The notes beneath the pieces are model-generated. The model saw nothing but the letters and a program-made list of their open reading frames with translations. It was not told the DNA's origin and did no database searches. This document shows positions 1 through 8,005 of a DNA stretch of 19,333 bases, piece by piece. A program made the position numbers and the translations under genes. Within the stretch, counting starts at the first letter, position 1, and the number at the start of each line of letters is the position of its first letter. Source of the stretch: Candidatus Iainarchaeum sp. GTDB taxonomy: Archaea; Iainarchaeota; Iainarchaeia; Iainarchaeales; DTGL01. Location of the stretch: positions 1-19,333 of the forward strand of contig JAWALG010000024.1 of NCBI GenBank assembly GCA_038886995.1, written 5' to 3'.

Positions 1-25
1 AAGAGACCTGCGCTTTTTTATCCAT
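1..25 (-). CDS. Class III signal peptide (pilin-like) protein, 5' fragment; continues off the left edge
   Basis: Reverse complement of 1-25 reads ATG GAT AAA AAA GCG CAG GTC TCT T = MDKKA/QVS..., matching the K/R-G/A-Q-x-S prepilin motif. The ATG overlaps the upstream TGA (TGATG) and is preceded by a GGGTGGG SD-like site. Not in the ORF track. Confidence 0.7.
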
Positions 26-192
26 CAGTTCCCACCCTGAAGCAGTTTTCTTCTTACCTCTGAAGCTTCGCGCTCCATGTTAATTGAAAGGTTTACAAGG
101 TGAACAACAACTGCCGAAATAGCCAAACCTAAAGAAATAACAAAAGAAAGTAAAAGAAGGTAGTCGGTAGCTACTTGTGCTCTGTTATTCAT
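25..192 (-). CDS. Small pilin-like protein, class III signal peptide (55 aa)
   Basis: MNNRA/QVATDYLLLLSFVISLGLAISAVVV...: basic leader, RA/Q cleavage site, acidic +5 residue (D), hydrophobic helix. Start moved from 306 to the ATG at 192 because the longer ORF overlaps the upstream pilin gene. Confidence 0.8.
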   Translation of the reverse strand: MNNRAQVATDYLLLLSFVISLGLAISAVVVHLVNLSINMEREASEVRRKLLQGGN

Positions 193-211
193 AGGATCAA
201 CTGTACTAGTA

Positions 212-499
212 TTAAGTGGCACAACTGCCTGGTAACTTACCGCTAACAAGTGTGCATTCTTTTTTGGAGTCATCCCATACGCAATCGCCCTGAGTTCCGT
301 CCCCATCTAAGTCAGTCATTTCGCACAATACTTTAGTTCCTTTGGCATTACATGTGCTGACCCACAGAGATTTTTCATTTTCACATTGCTGTCTCTGAGC
401 ATTTGGTATGATCACAGCTATAACAATAGCAACAACGACCATTGCTGCGCCTATTAAGATTAGATATTCTAATGCACCTTGGCCTCGTCTATTTTCCAT
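212..499 (-). CDS. Pilin-like protein, class III signal peptide, with Cys-rich head and DxDxDG motif (95 aa)
   Basis: MENRRG/QGALEYLILIGAAMVVVAIVIAVII: DUF361-type prepilin leader with E at +5. AGGAGGT SD lies just upstream of the ATG at 499. The C-terminal part has 6 Cys and DLDGDG. Confidence 0.88.
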   Translation of the reverse strand: MENRRGQGALEYLILIGAAMVVVAIVIAVIIPNAQRQQCENEKSLWVSTCNAKGTKVLCEMTDLDGDGTQGDCVWDDSKKECTLVSGKLPGSCAT

Positions 500-525
500 T
501 TTCTTACCTCCTATTTTTTTGAGCA

Positions 526-684
526 TTACGGTGTTGGTGTACTATCAGCAGTTCTCTTTATTTCGCCACCAACTGTTTTAGTTGTATTTTTAAGGTATAT
601 GCCAACAATCGTGGCAGTCACAACTGCACCGCCCAATATTAAAAGGTATTCAAGAGATGTCTGGGCTTTCTCTTCCTTCCACAT
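526..684 (-). CDS. Small pilin-like protein, class III signal peptide (52 aa)
   Basis: Manual translation: MWKEEKA/QTSLEYLLILGGAVVTATIVGIYLKNTTKTVGGEIKRTADSTPTP*. It has a QxSxE motif, a hydrophobic helix, and a perfect GGAGGTGA SD (691-698) overlapping the upstream stop. It fills the gap between neighbours and is below the ORF-track size cut-off. Confidence 0.88.
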   Translation of the reverse strand: MWKEEKAQTSLEYLLILGGAVVTATIVGIYLKNTTKTVGGEIKRTADSTPTP

Positions 685-690
685 TCACAT

Positions 691-698
691 TCACCTCC
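691..698 (-). promoter_or_regulatory. Strong Shine-Dalgarno site for the 52-aa pilin
   Basis: GGAGGTGA on the minus strand, 6 nt before the ATG at 684, overlapping the TGA of the upstream platform gene. Confidence 0.75.
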
Positions 699-1695
699 CA
701 AAGAATGCTGATGTAAACACAAACGACAGATAATATATCATATATGCTGTAAATAAAAAGAAGGGGATATATATAAAGCTTTTGCTAATGTTTCCATCCC
801 GTATCATTGCCACCATGAGGCTTGCTGCTGTTGCTTCTATTATAATGTATGCTATTAAAAGAAGCATAATTGCATTGCTGACACACCCCCAATAACCCTT
901 GTGATCAAAACCAGTCGGCTTTTGGAATGTCCCTGGGGCACAGAGGAAGCTGCTTTCAAGAGCACTACCACTTTTCGCTGGCATCGTTTGGGCTGTCTTT
1001 ATTGTTTGAGTTAAGAGGAAATTAACTATTGAAGTTATAAGACCAAGGATCAGAGGCGCAACTATAACCCCTGCGACAACCATGAAAAGTACTTGCATCA
1101 TTGTGCTGCTTTTTCTTTCCCTCATTATCCTGTGTGTAGCCCTTACATCATCAGCAATTTCATCGAGTATGTCAGCCAAACTAGCGCCTGCAGCAATTGA
1201 GTCGAGAATTATGTCAACAGCCCTCCTAATAACCCTGCTGTTCACATTATAAGCAAAGTTCTTCAATGCGTTTGAAAGATTTTCGCCTTCCTCAAGTCGC
1301 CTTAGCACAAGGGCTATCTCCTCAGTAAGAGGGCCGTACTCAGCAGAGCTAACCGTGCGTAAAGCATATTCAAATGTGCCACCTGCTTTTAGAGTGTCAG
1401 CCATTTGCCTAAAAGCATCTGGCAAGAATTCTTCCATCTTTGCTATTCTCCTTACAGACAAAAGATATGGATATGTTATCATTAAGTCAGCAACTGCAAT
1501 CAAAAGCAAAAAGGATATTATTGCTGCGTGTATCTTGCCAACTTTTATTACTTCAAATTCTCCCAAAACAAGCCAAGCAACTATGCCAATGCAAATGGAA
1601 AGTATTATGGATATGGCAAGCCATTTGGCTGGGCTCATGAAGAAATGTATTTCCCTTAGATATTCCTTGTATGTCAGCCAACCATTTTTCAGCAT
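691..1695 (-). CDS. Type IV pilus / T2SS F-family membrane platform protein (TadC/ArlJ-like)
   Basis: EEFLPDAFRQMADTLKAGGTFEYAL...EYGPLTEEI...EEGENLSNAL is a T2SSF signature flanked by TM helices. AGGTGA SD; in an operon with the ATPase. Confidence 0.92.
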   Translation of the reverse strand: MLKNGWLTYKEYLREIHFFMSPAKWLAISIILSICIGIVAWLVLGEFEVIKVGKIHAAIISFLLLIAVADLMITYPYLLSVRRIAKMEEFLPDAFRQMADTLKAGGTFEYALRTVSSAEYGPLTEEIALVLRRLEEGENLSNALKNFAYNVNSRVIRRAVDIILDSIAAGASLADILDEIADDVRATHRIMRERKSSTMMQVLFMVVAGVIVAPLILGLITSIVNFLLTQTIKTAQTMPAKSGSALESSFLCAPGTFQKPTGFDHKGYWGCVSNAIMLLLIAYIIIEATAASLMVAMIRDGNISKSFIYIPFFLFTAYMIYYLSFVFTSAFFGR

Positions 1696-1703
1696 ATATT
1701 CAC

Positions 1704-2816
1704 CTAAGCGTGTGGTTGCATTGACCTTATAAGTGTGAAAACCATTATAAGCAATAAAGGCATCAACATAAGGTAAAATACTGCAAGCGTATTAAGATCT
1801 AAAGGCAGCATTGCTAGTGTAAACATACCGCTAGTAGCTGATATTGGGGAATTCCTTATTGCTCCAAGTATTGCAATTACAACTGGGAAAACTATTGCAA
1901 AGAATATAAACAAAACACCAACAAAGTTCATTTTTTGTCCGAACTCTTGCATGTTGGATCTTAGCTGGAAGGCAACATCATCAGCTATCTCATTCATAAC
2001 ATTTGATAAGTTGCCACCTGTTTTTATAGCCCTTATTGTGTGCATCATCGCATTTTTAAGCGCAACGGATTTTGTACGCAAAGCTAATCGCCTTAGCGCC
2101 TCTTGGGTATCCATTCCTTCCTCAATCTCTGTTATTGTTCTAGCAAATTCTTCGCTCAACGGACCATAATCTGCCTTAGCAACCGCTTGCAATGTTCTAT
2201 AAAGCCCGATTCCTGCACTTAATTGCGTTGCAATGTGCCGCAAAGCAAATGGAAGTTCCATACTTATTGCTTTTCCGCGAGACTTAGCACGAAAACTTGG
2301 AACCATTAGCACGATTAAGCCCGTTGCAAAAGAAAAGACCATGGACAGTATCATAATAATCGGTACGCTATTCGTGAGGTTAATCTTTAAGTAACTTACA
2401 ACAAAAATACCAAAACCACAGGAAAGCAAAAAGGAAAAGAATGCCACTGCACTAGAAATTACAACCCACTGTCTCGCAGAAAGCTTCATGTTTGCAGAAT
2501 ACAATTCAGCGTCTAGGGCTTGCGCAAAAGGAGCTACTGAAAATATTTTTGCGATTAGATCGAAAAGACCATGCAAAGGACCCACATATGCCTTACCAAT
2601 GAAGCTTAAAAACTTTGACTCGTGCTCTTTTAAGTCCTCGGGCCTTTGAACCTCAAGGGTACTTACCTTGCCTTCAGTGATGAGAGACGCGAGCTCTGTT
2701 TTCTGGCCGGGTGCAACTTCAATCCCTTCTGAGGCGTACTTCTTTTTCATCTTTTCGACTATTGCATCAACCTTTTCCATGTCATGTACTTCTGGTTTAT
2801 CCTTCTTTGCGACCAT
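1704..2816 (-). CDS. Type IV pilus / T2SS F-family membrane platform protein (TadB/TadC-like)
   Basis: ISMELPFALRHIATQLSAGIGLY...DYGPLSEEF...IEEGMDTQEAL...TGGNLSNVM is a T2SSF signature with TM helices. Abuts the ATPase stop. Confidence 0.92.
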   Translation of the reverse strand: MVAKKDKPEVHDMEKVDAIVEKMKKKYASEGIEVAPGQKTELASLITEGKVSTLEVQRPEDLKEHESKFLSFIGKAYVGPLHGLFDLIAKIFSVAPFAQALDAELYSANMKLSARQWVVISSAVAFFSFLLSCGFGIFVVSYLKINLTNSVPIIMILSMVFSFATGLIVLMVPSFRAKSRGKAISMELPFALRHIATQLSAGIGLYRTLQAVAKADYGPLSEEFARTITEIEEGMDTQEALRRLALRTKSVALKNAMMHTIRAIKTGGNLSNVMNEIADDVAFQLRSNMQEFGQKMNFVGVLFIFFAIVFPVVIAILGAIRNSPISATSGMFTLAMLPLDLNTLAVFYLMLMPLLLIMVFTLIRSMQPHA

Positions 2817-4829
2817 TTAGCGACCACCCGCATCTTTTGACTCCAAAAAATCTTGCATTGCCTTTGATGTTTCCTTTATGCCCTTTATATTTTTTTTCAC
2901 TAATAACTGCAGGAAACTCTTCCTTCTAGCTATCTCCTTTTCTATCTGCTGCACAGTCATACCAGATAATCTACTAAGTTCTTTTAAATATTCGCAGGGC
3001 ACTTCAGTCCTAACAATCTCATCTTTCGCTGCATCCCATTGGAAAAGCGCTTCTGTCTGCGGTTTTCCTTCAAGTATTCCGGATACCTCTGAAAGTTCAG
3101 TAACACGCCTTATGGTGCCTTTTCTCTTGTCGTGGAGCCTGTGCTCAATGATTATAAAATTAAGGCCTGAAAGCATCACCTGCGGAACACTCATTGGTGG
3201 GCTTGTCACCCTTATTAAGGTCTCCTGAGATGAGTTAGCATGTACAGTCCCCATTGAACCATCATGACCTGTGTTCATCGCAGTGAAAAGCGTAAACGCT
3301 TCCTGATGCCTTATCTCACCAACTATTATCCTATCAGGTCTCATACGTAGCGAATTCTTTGTAAGTATGTCCATTGTGAGCTCACCGCGCCCCTCGAGGC
3401 CTGGTGGTCTTGCTTCAAACCTTATCCAATGCTCAAGAGGCAGATTTAACTCTGCTGTATCCTCTATTGAGATTATCCTCTCAGTTGATGGCACGAAAGA
3501 TGCAAGAACATTAAGCAAAGTTGTTTTTCCGCTGCCGGTGCCACCTGCAATGAGTATATTTGCGGGCCTTGTGCCTAGACCTTCAACCGCAAGCCACAGG
3601 AAAGCAGCGAGATCAAAGCCAACTGTTTTGAAGTTTAGCAGATCAACTATCGTGAATGGATCTTCCCTAAATTTCCTTATAGTCAAGGTTGGCCCAGATA
3701 GTGAAGCGGGGGGTATTGTAGCATTAACTCTGGAACCATCTGGCAACCTTGCGTCAAGCAGTGGATTCGAGAAGTCAACCCTCCTGCCAACTTCTCTAGC
3801 AATTTTGTTTATAAGATCGACGAGCTCACTTTCTGAGAAGAACTCAATGTTAGTTTTCATCATTTCATAGTCCCTATGGAAAACATATACTGGCTTCTTT
3901 ATACCTATGGCCATGATTTCCTCGAGGCGGTCATCCTTAAGAAGCTCATCAATTAAGCCATAACCAACCATTTCACGGACAATCGCGTCAGTATAGAAAT
4001 CAATCCTTCCTTTGGGAATATTTATTTCTGGTGATGACTCAATTATGTCCCTAATCCTCTGCTTATAAACTGCCCTTCTCTGTTCAGGGTCACGTATCTT
4101 GTATGGCTCAATTGTAATCAGCCTTGTAGCTGCTTCCCTTATGATTCGTATTGTCCTTTTCTCACTTTCAGTTGGCTTTGGTACAGGTACAAAATAATAC
4201 AAGTGCTTTTGTCCAGGAACCCTGTAAATCTTAACATTGCCATAGGATTCTATTTCTATATTTTCTGCTCCAGCCATGTCTTTTTCTGCGGAAGTTAACT
4301 CCTCTGAAAAAACATCTGCATCTGGAATGGATAATGAATCTTTAGCTTTTTGCTCGGGTTGTGGAACTTCCGTCTTTTTTTCTTTAGCTACGCCGAGACC
4401 AGCCAATTTTTTTTCAAGGTCTTCTTCGCCTGGCGGTATTTCAGCAGGGCCAAGGTCAAAGCCTTGCTCATCGAAAAGTCCTTTAGTTGAAGTATCCTCT
4501 TTTTGCTCATGTTTTACGCCCTGTTTCATAGTCTCTCTAAGGCGCTCCTTTATTTTACCAAGGTCTTCTTTAACTTGGCCTGTTTCTTCTTCACTTTTGA
4601 AACCATGTGCAAACTCATCAAGAACATTGCCTTTGTTTTTTTCTGCAGCGGGGCGATGAGCTGATCTGCTAACTGCCTCTGCGCTTTCTTCTTCTGGGGA
4701 ACCTAACATATCATCATTTGGGATATCAAAATCATTTCCCTTTAATTGACTCATCCAGTCCTCGTCAGAACTTTTGCCAGAATCTTTCTTTGCCTTTTCA
4801 ATAAGGTCCTTTAGATAGTTTGCTGGCAT
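2817..4829 (-). CDS. Type II/IV secretion / pilus assembly ATPase (CpaF/VirB11/ArlI family)
   Basis: Walker A GGTGSGKTT, Asp box SIEDTAEL, LRMRPDRIIVGEIR (Walker B), His box TGHDGSMGTVHANS, LDARLPDGSRVNAT. About 190 aa of acidic N-terminal extension. Confidence 0.95.
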   Translation of the reverse strand: MPANYLKDLIEKAKKDSGKSSDEDWMSQLKGNDFDIPNDDMLGSPEEESAEAVSRSAHRPAAEKNKGNVLDEFAHGFKSEEETGQVKEDLGKIKERLRETMKQGVKHEQKEDTSTKGLFDEQGFDLGPAEIPPGEEDLEKKLAGLGVAKEKKTEVPQPEQKAKDSLSIPDADVFSEELTSAEKDMAGAENIEIESYGNVKIYRVPGQKHLYYFVPVPKPTESEKRTIRIIREAATRLITIEPYKIRDPEQRRAVYKQRIRDIIESSPEINIPKGRIDFYTDAIVREMVGYGLIDELLKDDRLEEIMAIGIKKPVYVFHRDYEMMKTNIEFFSESELVDLINKIAREVGRRVDFSNPLLDARLPDGSRVNATIPPASLSGPTLTIRKFREDPFTIVDLLNFKTVGFDLAAFLWLAVEGLGTRPANILIAGGTGSGKTTLLNVLASFVPSTERIISIEDTAELNLPLEHWIRFEARPPGLEGRGELTMDILTKNSLRMRPDRIIVGEIRHQEAFTLFTAMNTGHDGSMGTVHANSSQETLIRVTSPPMSVPQVMLSGLNFIIIEHRLHDKRKGTIRRVTELSEVSGILEGKPQTEALFQWDAAKDEIVRTEVPCEYLKELSRLSGMTVQQIEKEIARRKSFLQLLVKKNIKGIKETSKAMQDFLESKDAGGR

Positions 4830-4862
4830 CAGGCATTACCGAAATAAAAAACGCTTTACTAA

Positions 4863-4870
4863 TATTTAAA
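4863..4870 (-). promoter_or_regulatory. Putative TATA box for the pilus operon
   Basis: TTTAAATA on the minus strand, 34-41 nt upstream of the ATPase ATG in the thrS-ATPase spacer. Confidence 0.5.
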
Positions 4871-4907
4871 CGTTACGCATTAGTTCTTTTTAGCGTATGT
4901 AAAAAAT

Positions 4908-6653
4908 TTATCTTATGCTAAGCTCATTGAATCGCTCATTTATCTCCTTGCAAATAGAATCAGTGAAATCTTCAAAGCGCAAGTTTTTTTTAATAGCCCC
5001 ATTTCTTGCCCTAACAGTAATTGTGCTATTTTTCTCTTCTGCGTCACCAACAATTAGCATATAAGGTATCTTTTCCGACTGCGCAGATCTTATCTTCTTT
5101 GAAAGCGTTTCTTTACTATAATCTGCATCTACGCGAATTCCTAAGCTTTTTAGAGCACCAACAATTTTTTCAGCGTAGGCGTTATTTTTGTCTGATATTG
5201 GTATAACCCTTGCTTGAATCGGTGAAAGCCAGGTAGGCAATGCGCCACCATAGTTCTCTATAAGTACACCCATAAATCTTTCAATGGAGCCCAAAATAGC
5301 ACGATGTATCATTACTGGTTTGTGCTTTTTATCATCAGCGCCTATGTAAAAAAGCCCAAACTTCTCAGGCATTGAAAAGTCAACCTGGATTGTTGCACAT
5401 TGCCATTCCCTCTCTAGGGAATCCTTTATGTGGAAATCAATCTTGGGGCCGTAAAAGGCACCTTCGCCTTCCCTTATTTTGTAGCTTAGGCCAAGGTCCT
5501 TAAGTGCATCCTTAAGTGCGTCTGTGGCTTGAGTCCATTGCTCTTCAGTGCCCATTGAGTTTTCAGGCCTTGTGCTAAGCTCAATCTCGTACTCGGTAAA
5601 GCCAAATGTAGAATAAATTTTCTTTGTAAGAAGTATTATTTTCTTTATCTCATCCTTAAGCTGGTCCTCTGTGCAAAATATGTGTGCATCGTCCTGTGTA
5701 AACTTTCTTACTCTGAAGAGCCCGTGTAGCACGCCGCTGCGTTCATGCCTATGGACAATGCCAAGCTCAGCAAACTTTATCGGCAACTCTTTGTAAGAAT
5801 GCCTTTTTTCTTTGTATATTAGAATGTGGCCCGGGCAATTCATAGGTTTGACTGCGAAGTCTCTATCATCTATTTCAGTGAAGTACATGTTTTTCCTGTA
5901 ATGGTCCCAATGTCCTGACATGACCCACAAGCTCTTGCTCATAATCATAGGTGTCATTACAAAATTGTAATTTTCTTTTCTGTGCAGATCCTTCCAGAAG
6001 CTTATTATCTCGTCCCAAATTATTGTGCCTTTCGGCAAAAAGAATGGAAATCCTGGTGCCTCTTCGTGCTGTGAAAAAATTTCAAGATTCTTTCCAATAG
6101 TTATGTGATTCCTTTCGCCAACTTCCTCTATGTGCTTTAAGTAAGCATTAAGTTCCTCTTGGCTAGGGAAAGCTATGCCATAAATGCGTTGCAGCATTGG
6201 GTTTTTCTCTGAGCCACGCCAATATGCTCCGGCTACGCGAAGAAGCTTGAATGCTTTTATCTCGGAAGTGCTCTCAACATGTGGGCCTTTGCAAAGGTCA
6301 ACAAATTTTCCATGCCTGTAAATGCTCAAAGTTCCTTCTATGCCTTCTATCAGTTCCAATTTATATGGCTCATCCTTGAAAAGTTTTTTTGCATCTGCTT
6401 TTGTAATATCCTCTTTCTTAAATTTGTGATCTTTCTCAATGATATCTTTCATTTTCGCTTCTATTTTCTTAAGGTCGTCCTCAGTAAAAGGCCTCTTAAC
6501 ATCAAAATCGTAGTAGAAGCCGATTTTTGCTGCTGGCCCTATTCCAAGCTTTGCTTCTGGAAAAAGCTCTTTGACAGCGTCAGCCAGAACATGTGAAGCT
6601 GAGTGCCAAAGCTTTTTATAGTACTCAGAGTCGCCTTTTATGAAACCTGACAT
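4908..6653 (-). CDS. thrS: Threonine--tRNA ligase, bacterial type, lacking the N-terminal TGS domain
   Basis: HSASH and DLCKGPHV editing motifs, GAYWRG, KPMNCPGH, HRHERSGVLHGLFRVRKFTQDDAH, GEGAFYGPKID, HRAILGSIERF, C-terminal anticodon-binding domain. Confidence 0.97.
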   Translation of the reverse strand: MSGFIKGDSEYYKKLWHSASHVLADAVKELFPEAKLGIGPAAKIGFYYDFDVKRPFTEDDLKKIEAKMKDIIEKDHKFKKEDITKADAKKLFKDEPYKLELIEGIEGTLSIYRHGKFVDLCKGPHVESTSEIKAFKLLRVAGAYWRGSEKNPMLQRIYGIAFPSQEELNAYLKHIEEVGERNHITIGKNLEIFSQHEEAPGFPFFLPKGTIIWDEIISFWKDLHRKENYNFVMTPMIMSKSLWVMSGHWDHYRKNMYFTEIDDRDFAVKPMNCPGHILIYKEKRHSYKELPIKFAELGIVHRHERSGVLHGLFRVRKFTQDDAHIFCTEDQLKDEIKKIILLTKKIYSTFGFTEYEIELSTRPENSMGTEEQWTQATDALKDALKDLGLSYKIREGEGAFYGPKIDFHIKDSLEREWQCATIQVDFSMPEKFGLFYIGADDKKHKPVMIHRAILGSIERFMGVLIENYGGALPTWLSPIQARVIPISDKNNAYAEKIVGALKSLGIRVDADYSKETLSKKIRSAQSEKIPYMLIVGDAEEKNSTITVRARNGAIKKNLRFEDFTDSICKEINERFNELSIR

Positions 6654-6749
6654 GCAAAAAATATTGATAACAAAGGTTTAAATAAAAAAGCGTGCCAATT
6701 CAGCGGAAAAATGGCTTAAAAACATATATTTTTCGCACAGCAAATATAG
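6654..6749. promoter_or_regulatory. Divergent promoter region thrS / nre
   Basis: AT-rich 96-nt spacer. TATTTAAA on the minus strand at 6677-6684 (24-31 nt before the thrS ATG) and ATATATT on the plus strand at about 6724-6730 before the nre ATG. No SD sites, consistent with leaderless mRNAs. Confidence 0.5.
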
Positions 6750-8003
6750 ATGGGGCTGGCTAACTTGCTAGAAAAAAACCTATGCATAAAATGCAAGGGC
6801 AAAATGCTTTGTGGCCTGGGGTACTGCCCTGTGCTTTCTAACTATTCTGCAAAAAGCAGGGTTTTGGCCTTTGCTGGAGAAAACTTTCATGGAGCATCGC
6901 CGCCGAGCGTTTTTGTTTCTTGGCAGGATTACCCTAAAGTAACGGTAAGCCCCCTAAGCACGAGCATGAGTGAAGATGCATCCTTTTTTGATAGCCCTGA
7001 AAGATGGTATGGACTGAGTGCAGAGCGCATAATTGAAATGCGATCTGCTTTGCTCATGGCTGGAAAAAAATTTTCAGTATACAGCACACAAAAACCATTG
7101 ACTGAGCTTCAGAAAATACAAGAGCTTGCCATGAGTTCTTCAGATGTATCAGTTGAGTTGATGTTGGAAAAAAAGCCAGAAGCAAATCTTTCATTTTGTA
7201 GCTTTTTTGGGCCTTTAGGCCCAAAAGCACCCTTGAAAAAAATAGCCCTAAGCGAAAACCCGAGGATTGACAAAAATGTTGACTATATCGTAAGTGACTT
7301 TGATGCTAATTCAAAAGAAGCCTTGATGGAGCTTTACTCAAAAGGTTATGCCACGTCTTTCCTACAAAAACTTTTAAGCGTAGGCCTCCTTGGGAGAGGT
7401 AAAAAAAGAAAAATTGTCCCCACAAGGTGGGCGATCACTGCGGTTGATTCTAACATCAGCAAAGAGCTCATAGAAAGCGATGTTAAGGCCAATGAAACAA
7501 TTGATTCATATGAGGTTTACCACTCATTCTACCTTGAAAACGATTTTTGGGTGCTGCTTCTCCCTGAAAAATGGTCATTCGAGCAACTAGAGTGCTGGCT
7601 TCCGGGGAGCATCTGGATGCAAAAGGAAAAAGAGCATCACATAATACAAGACCATGAATTCTATAATGGACGGACAAAATATGCAGAAAATGTTGAAGGT
7701 GCGTATTATGCTGCACGCCTCGCAGTTGCAGAGCATCTTACTATGAGGAAAAGGCAAGCAGCATGCATTGTTTTCAGGGAGATATCTGAAAAGTATGCTG
7801 TTCCTTTAGGTGTGTGGCAGATAAGGGAGAATGTAAGGCATGCGCTTAAGGAAAAGCCAATCTGCTTTGATTCATTGGACAATGCAATTTCATTTCTTTC
7901 AACCAAGTTGAAGATCCCAATGGAGCATTACTTAAAAGCATCTGAGCTTATAAAACACTTTAAAAAGCAGAGGAAAATCACCCAGTGGTTTTTGCAGAGC
8001 TGA
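6750..8003 (+). CDS. nreA: Archaeal DNA repair protein Nre (PCNA-interacting)
   Basis: N-terminal CIKCKG..LCG..YCP, G.SPPSVFV, YPKV, PE.W, R.R.IVPTRWAITAVD, GAYYAARLAVAEHL, Y.VPLGVWQIRE, C-terminal PIP box QRKITQWF (7968-7991). Confidence 0.92.
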   Translation: MGLANLLEKNLCIKCKGKMLCGLGYCPVLSNYSAKSRVLAFAGENFHGASPPSVFVSWQDYPKVTVSPLSTSMSEDASFFDSPERWYGLSAERIIEMRSALLMAGKKFSVYSTQKPLTELQKIQELAMSSSDVSVELMLEKKPEANLSFCSFFGPLGPKAPLKKIALSENPRIDKNVDYIVSDFDANSKEALMELYSKGYATSFLQKLLSVGLLGRGKKRKIVPTRWAITAVDSNISKELIESDVKANETIDSYEVYHSFYLENDFWVLLLPEKWSFEQLECWLPGSIWMQKEKEHHIIQDHEFYNGRTKYAENVEGAYYAARLAVAEHLTMRKRQAACIVFREISEKYAVPLGVWQIRENVRHALKEKPICFDSLDNAISFLSTKLKIPMEHYLKASELIKHFKKQRKITQWFLQS

Positions 8004-8005
8004 AA

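Noticed and set aside
193..306. N-terminal extension of ORF 25..306 (and 500..526 of the next ORF)
   Set aside because: The first overlaps the upstream pilin gene and the second contains the SD. Class III leaders indicate starts at 192 and 499.
479..733. Plus-strand 84-aa ORF
   Set aside because: It is the antisense shadow of the 52-aa pilin, which has the motif, SD and operon context.
1355..4659. Plus-strand ORFs such as 1355..1732, 2878..3228, 3367..3870 and 4276..4659
   Set aside because: Ser-rich antisense shadows of the well-supported platform and ATPase genes. The same applies to the other short track ORFs nested within thrS, nre, rfcS, metG, htpX, the site-2 protease and minD.
691..4829. 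Archaellum (arlI/arlJ) operon
   Set aside because: It has two separate single-domain platform genes and DUF361-type Q+1 pilins, with no arlB/F/G/H in view. This fits a type IV pilus.
4874..4897. TACGC...GCGTA inverted repeat after thrS as a terminator hairpin
   Set aside because: Only a 5-bp stem with a long loop. Archaeal termination relies mostly on oligo-T tracts, so this is too weak to call.
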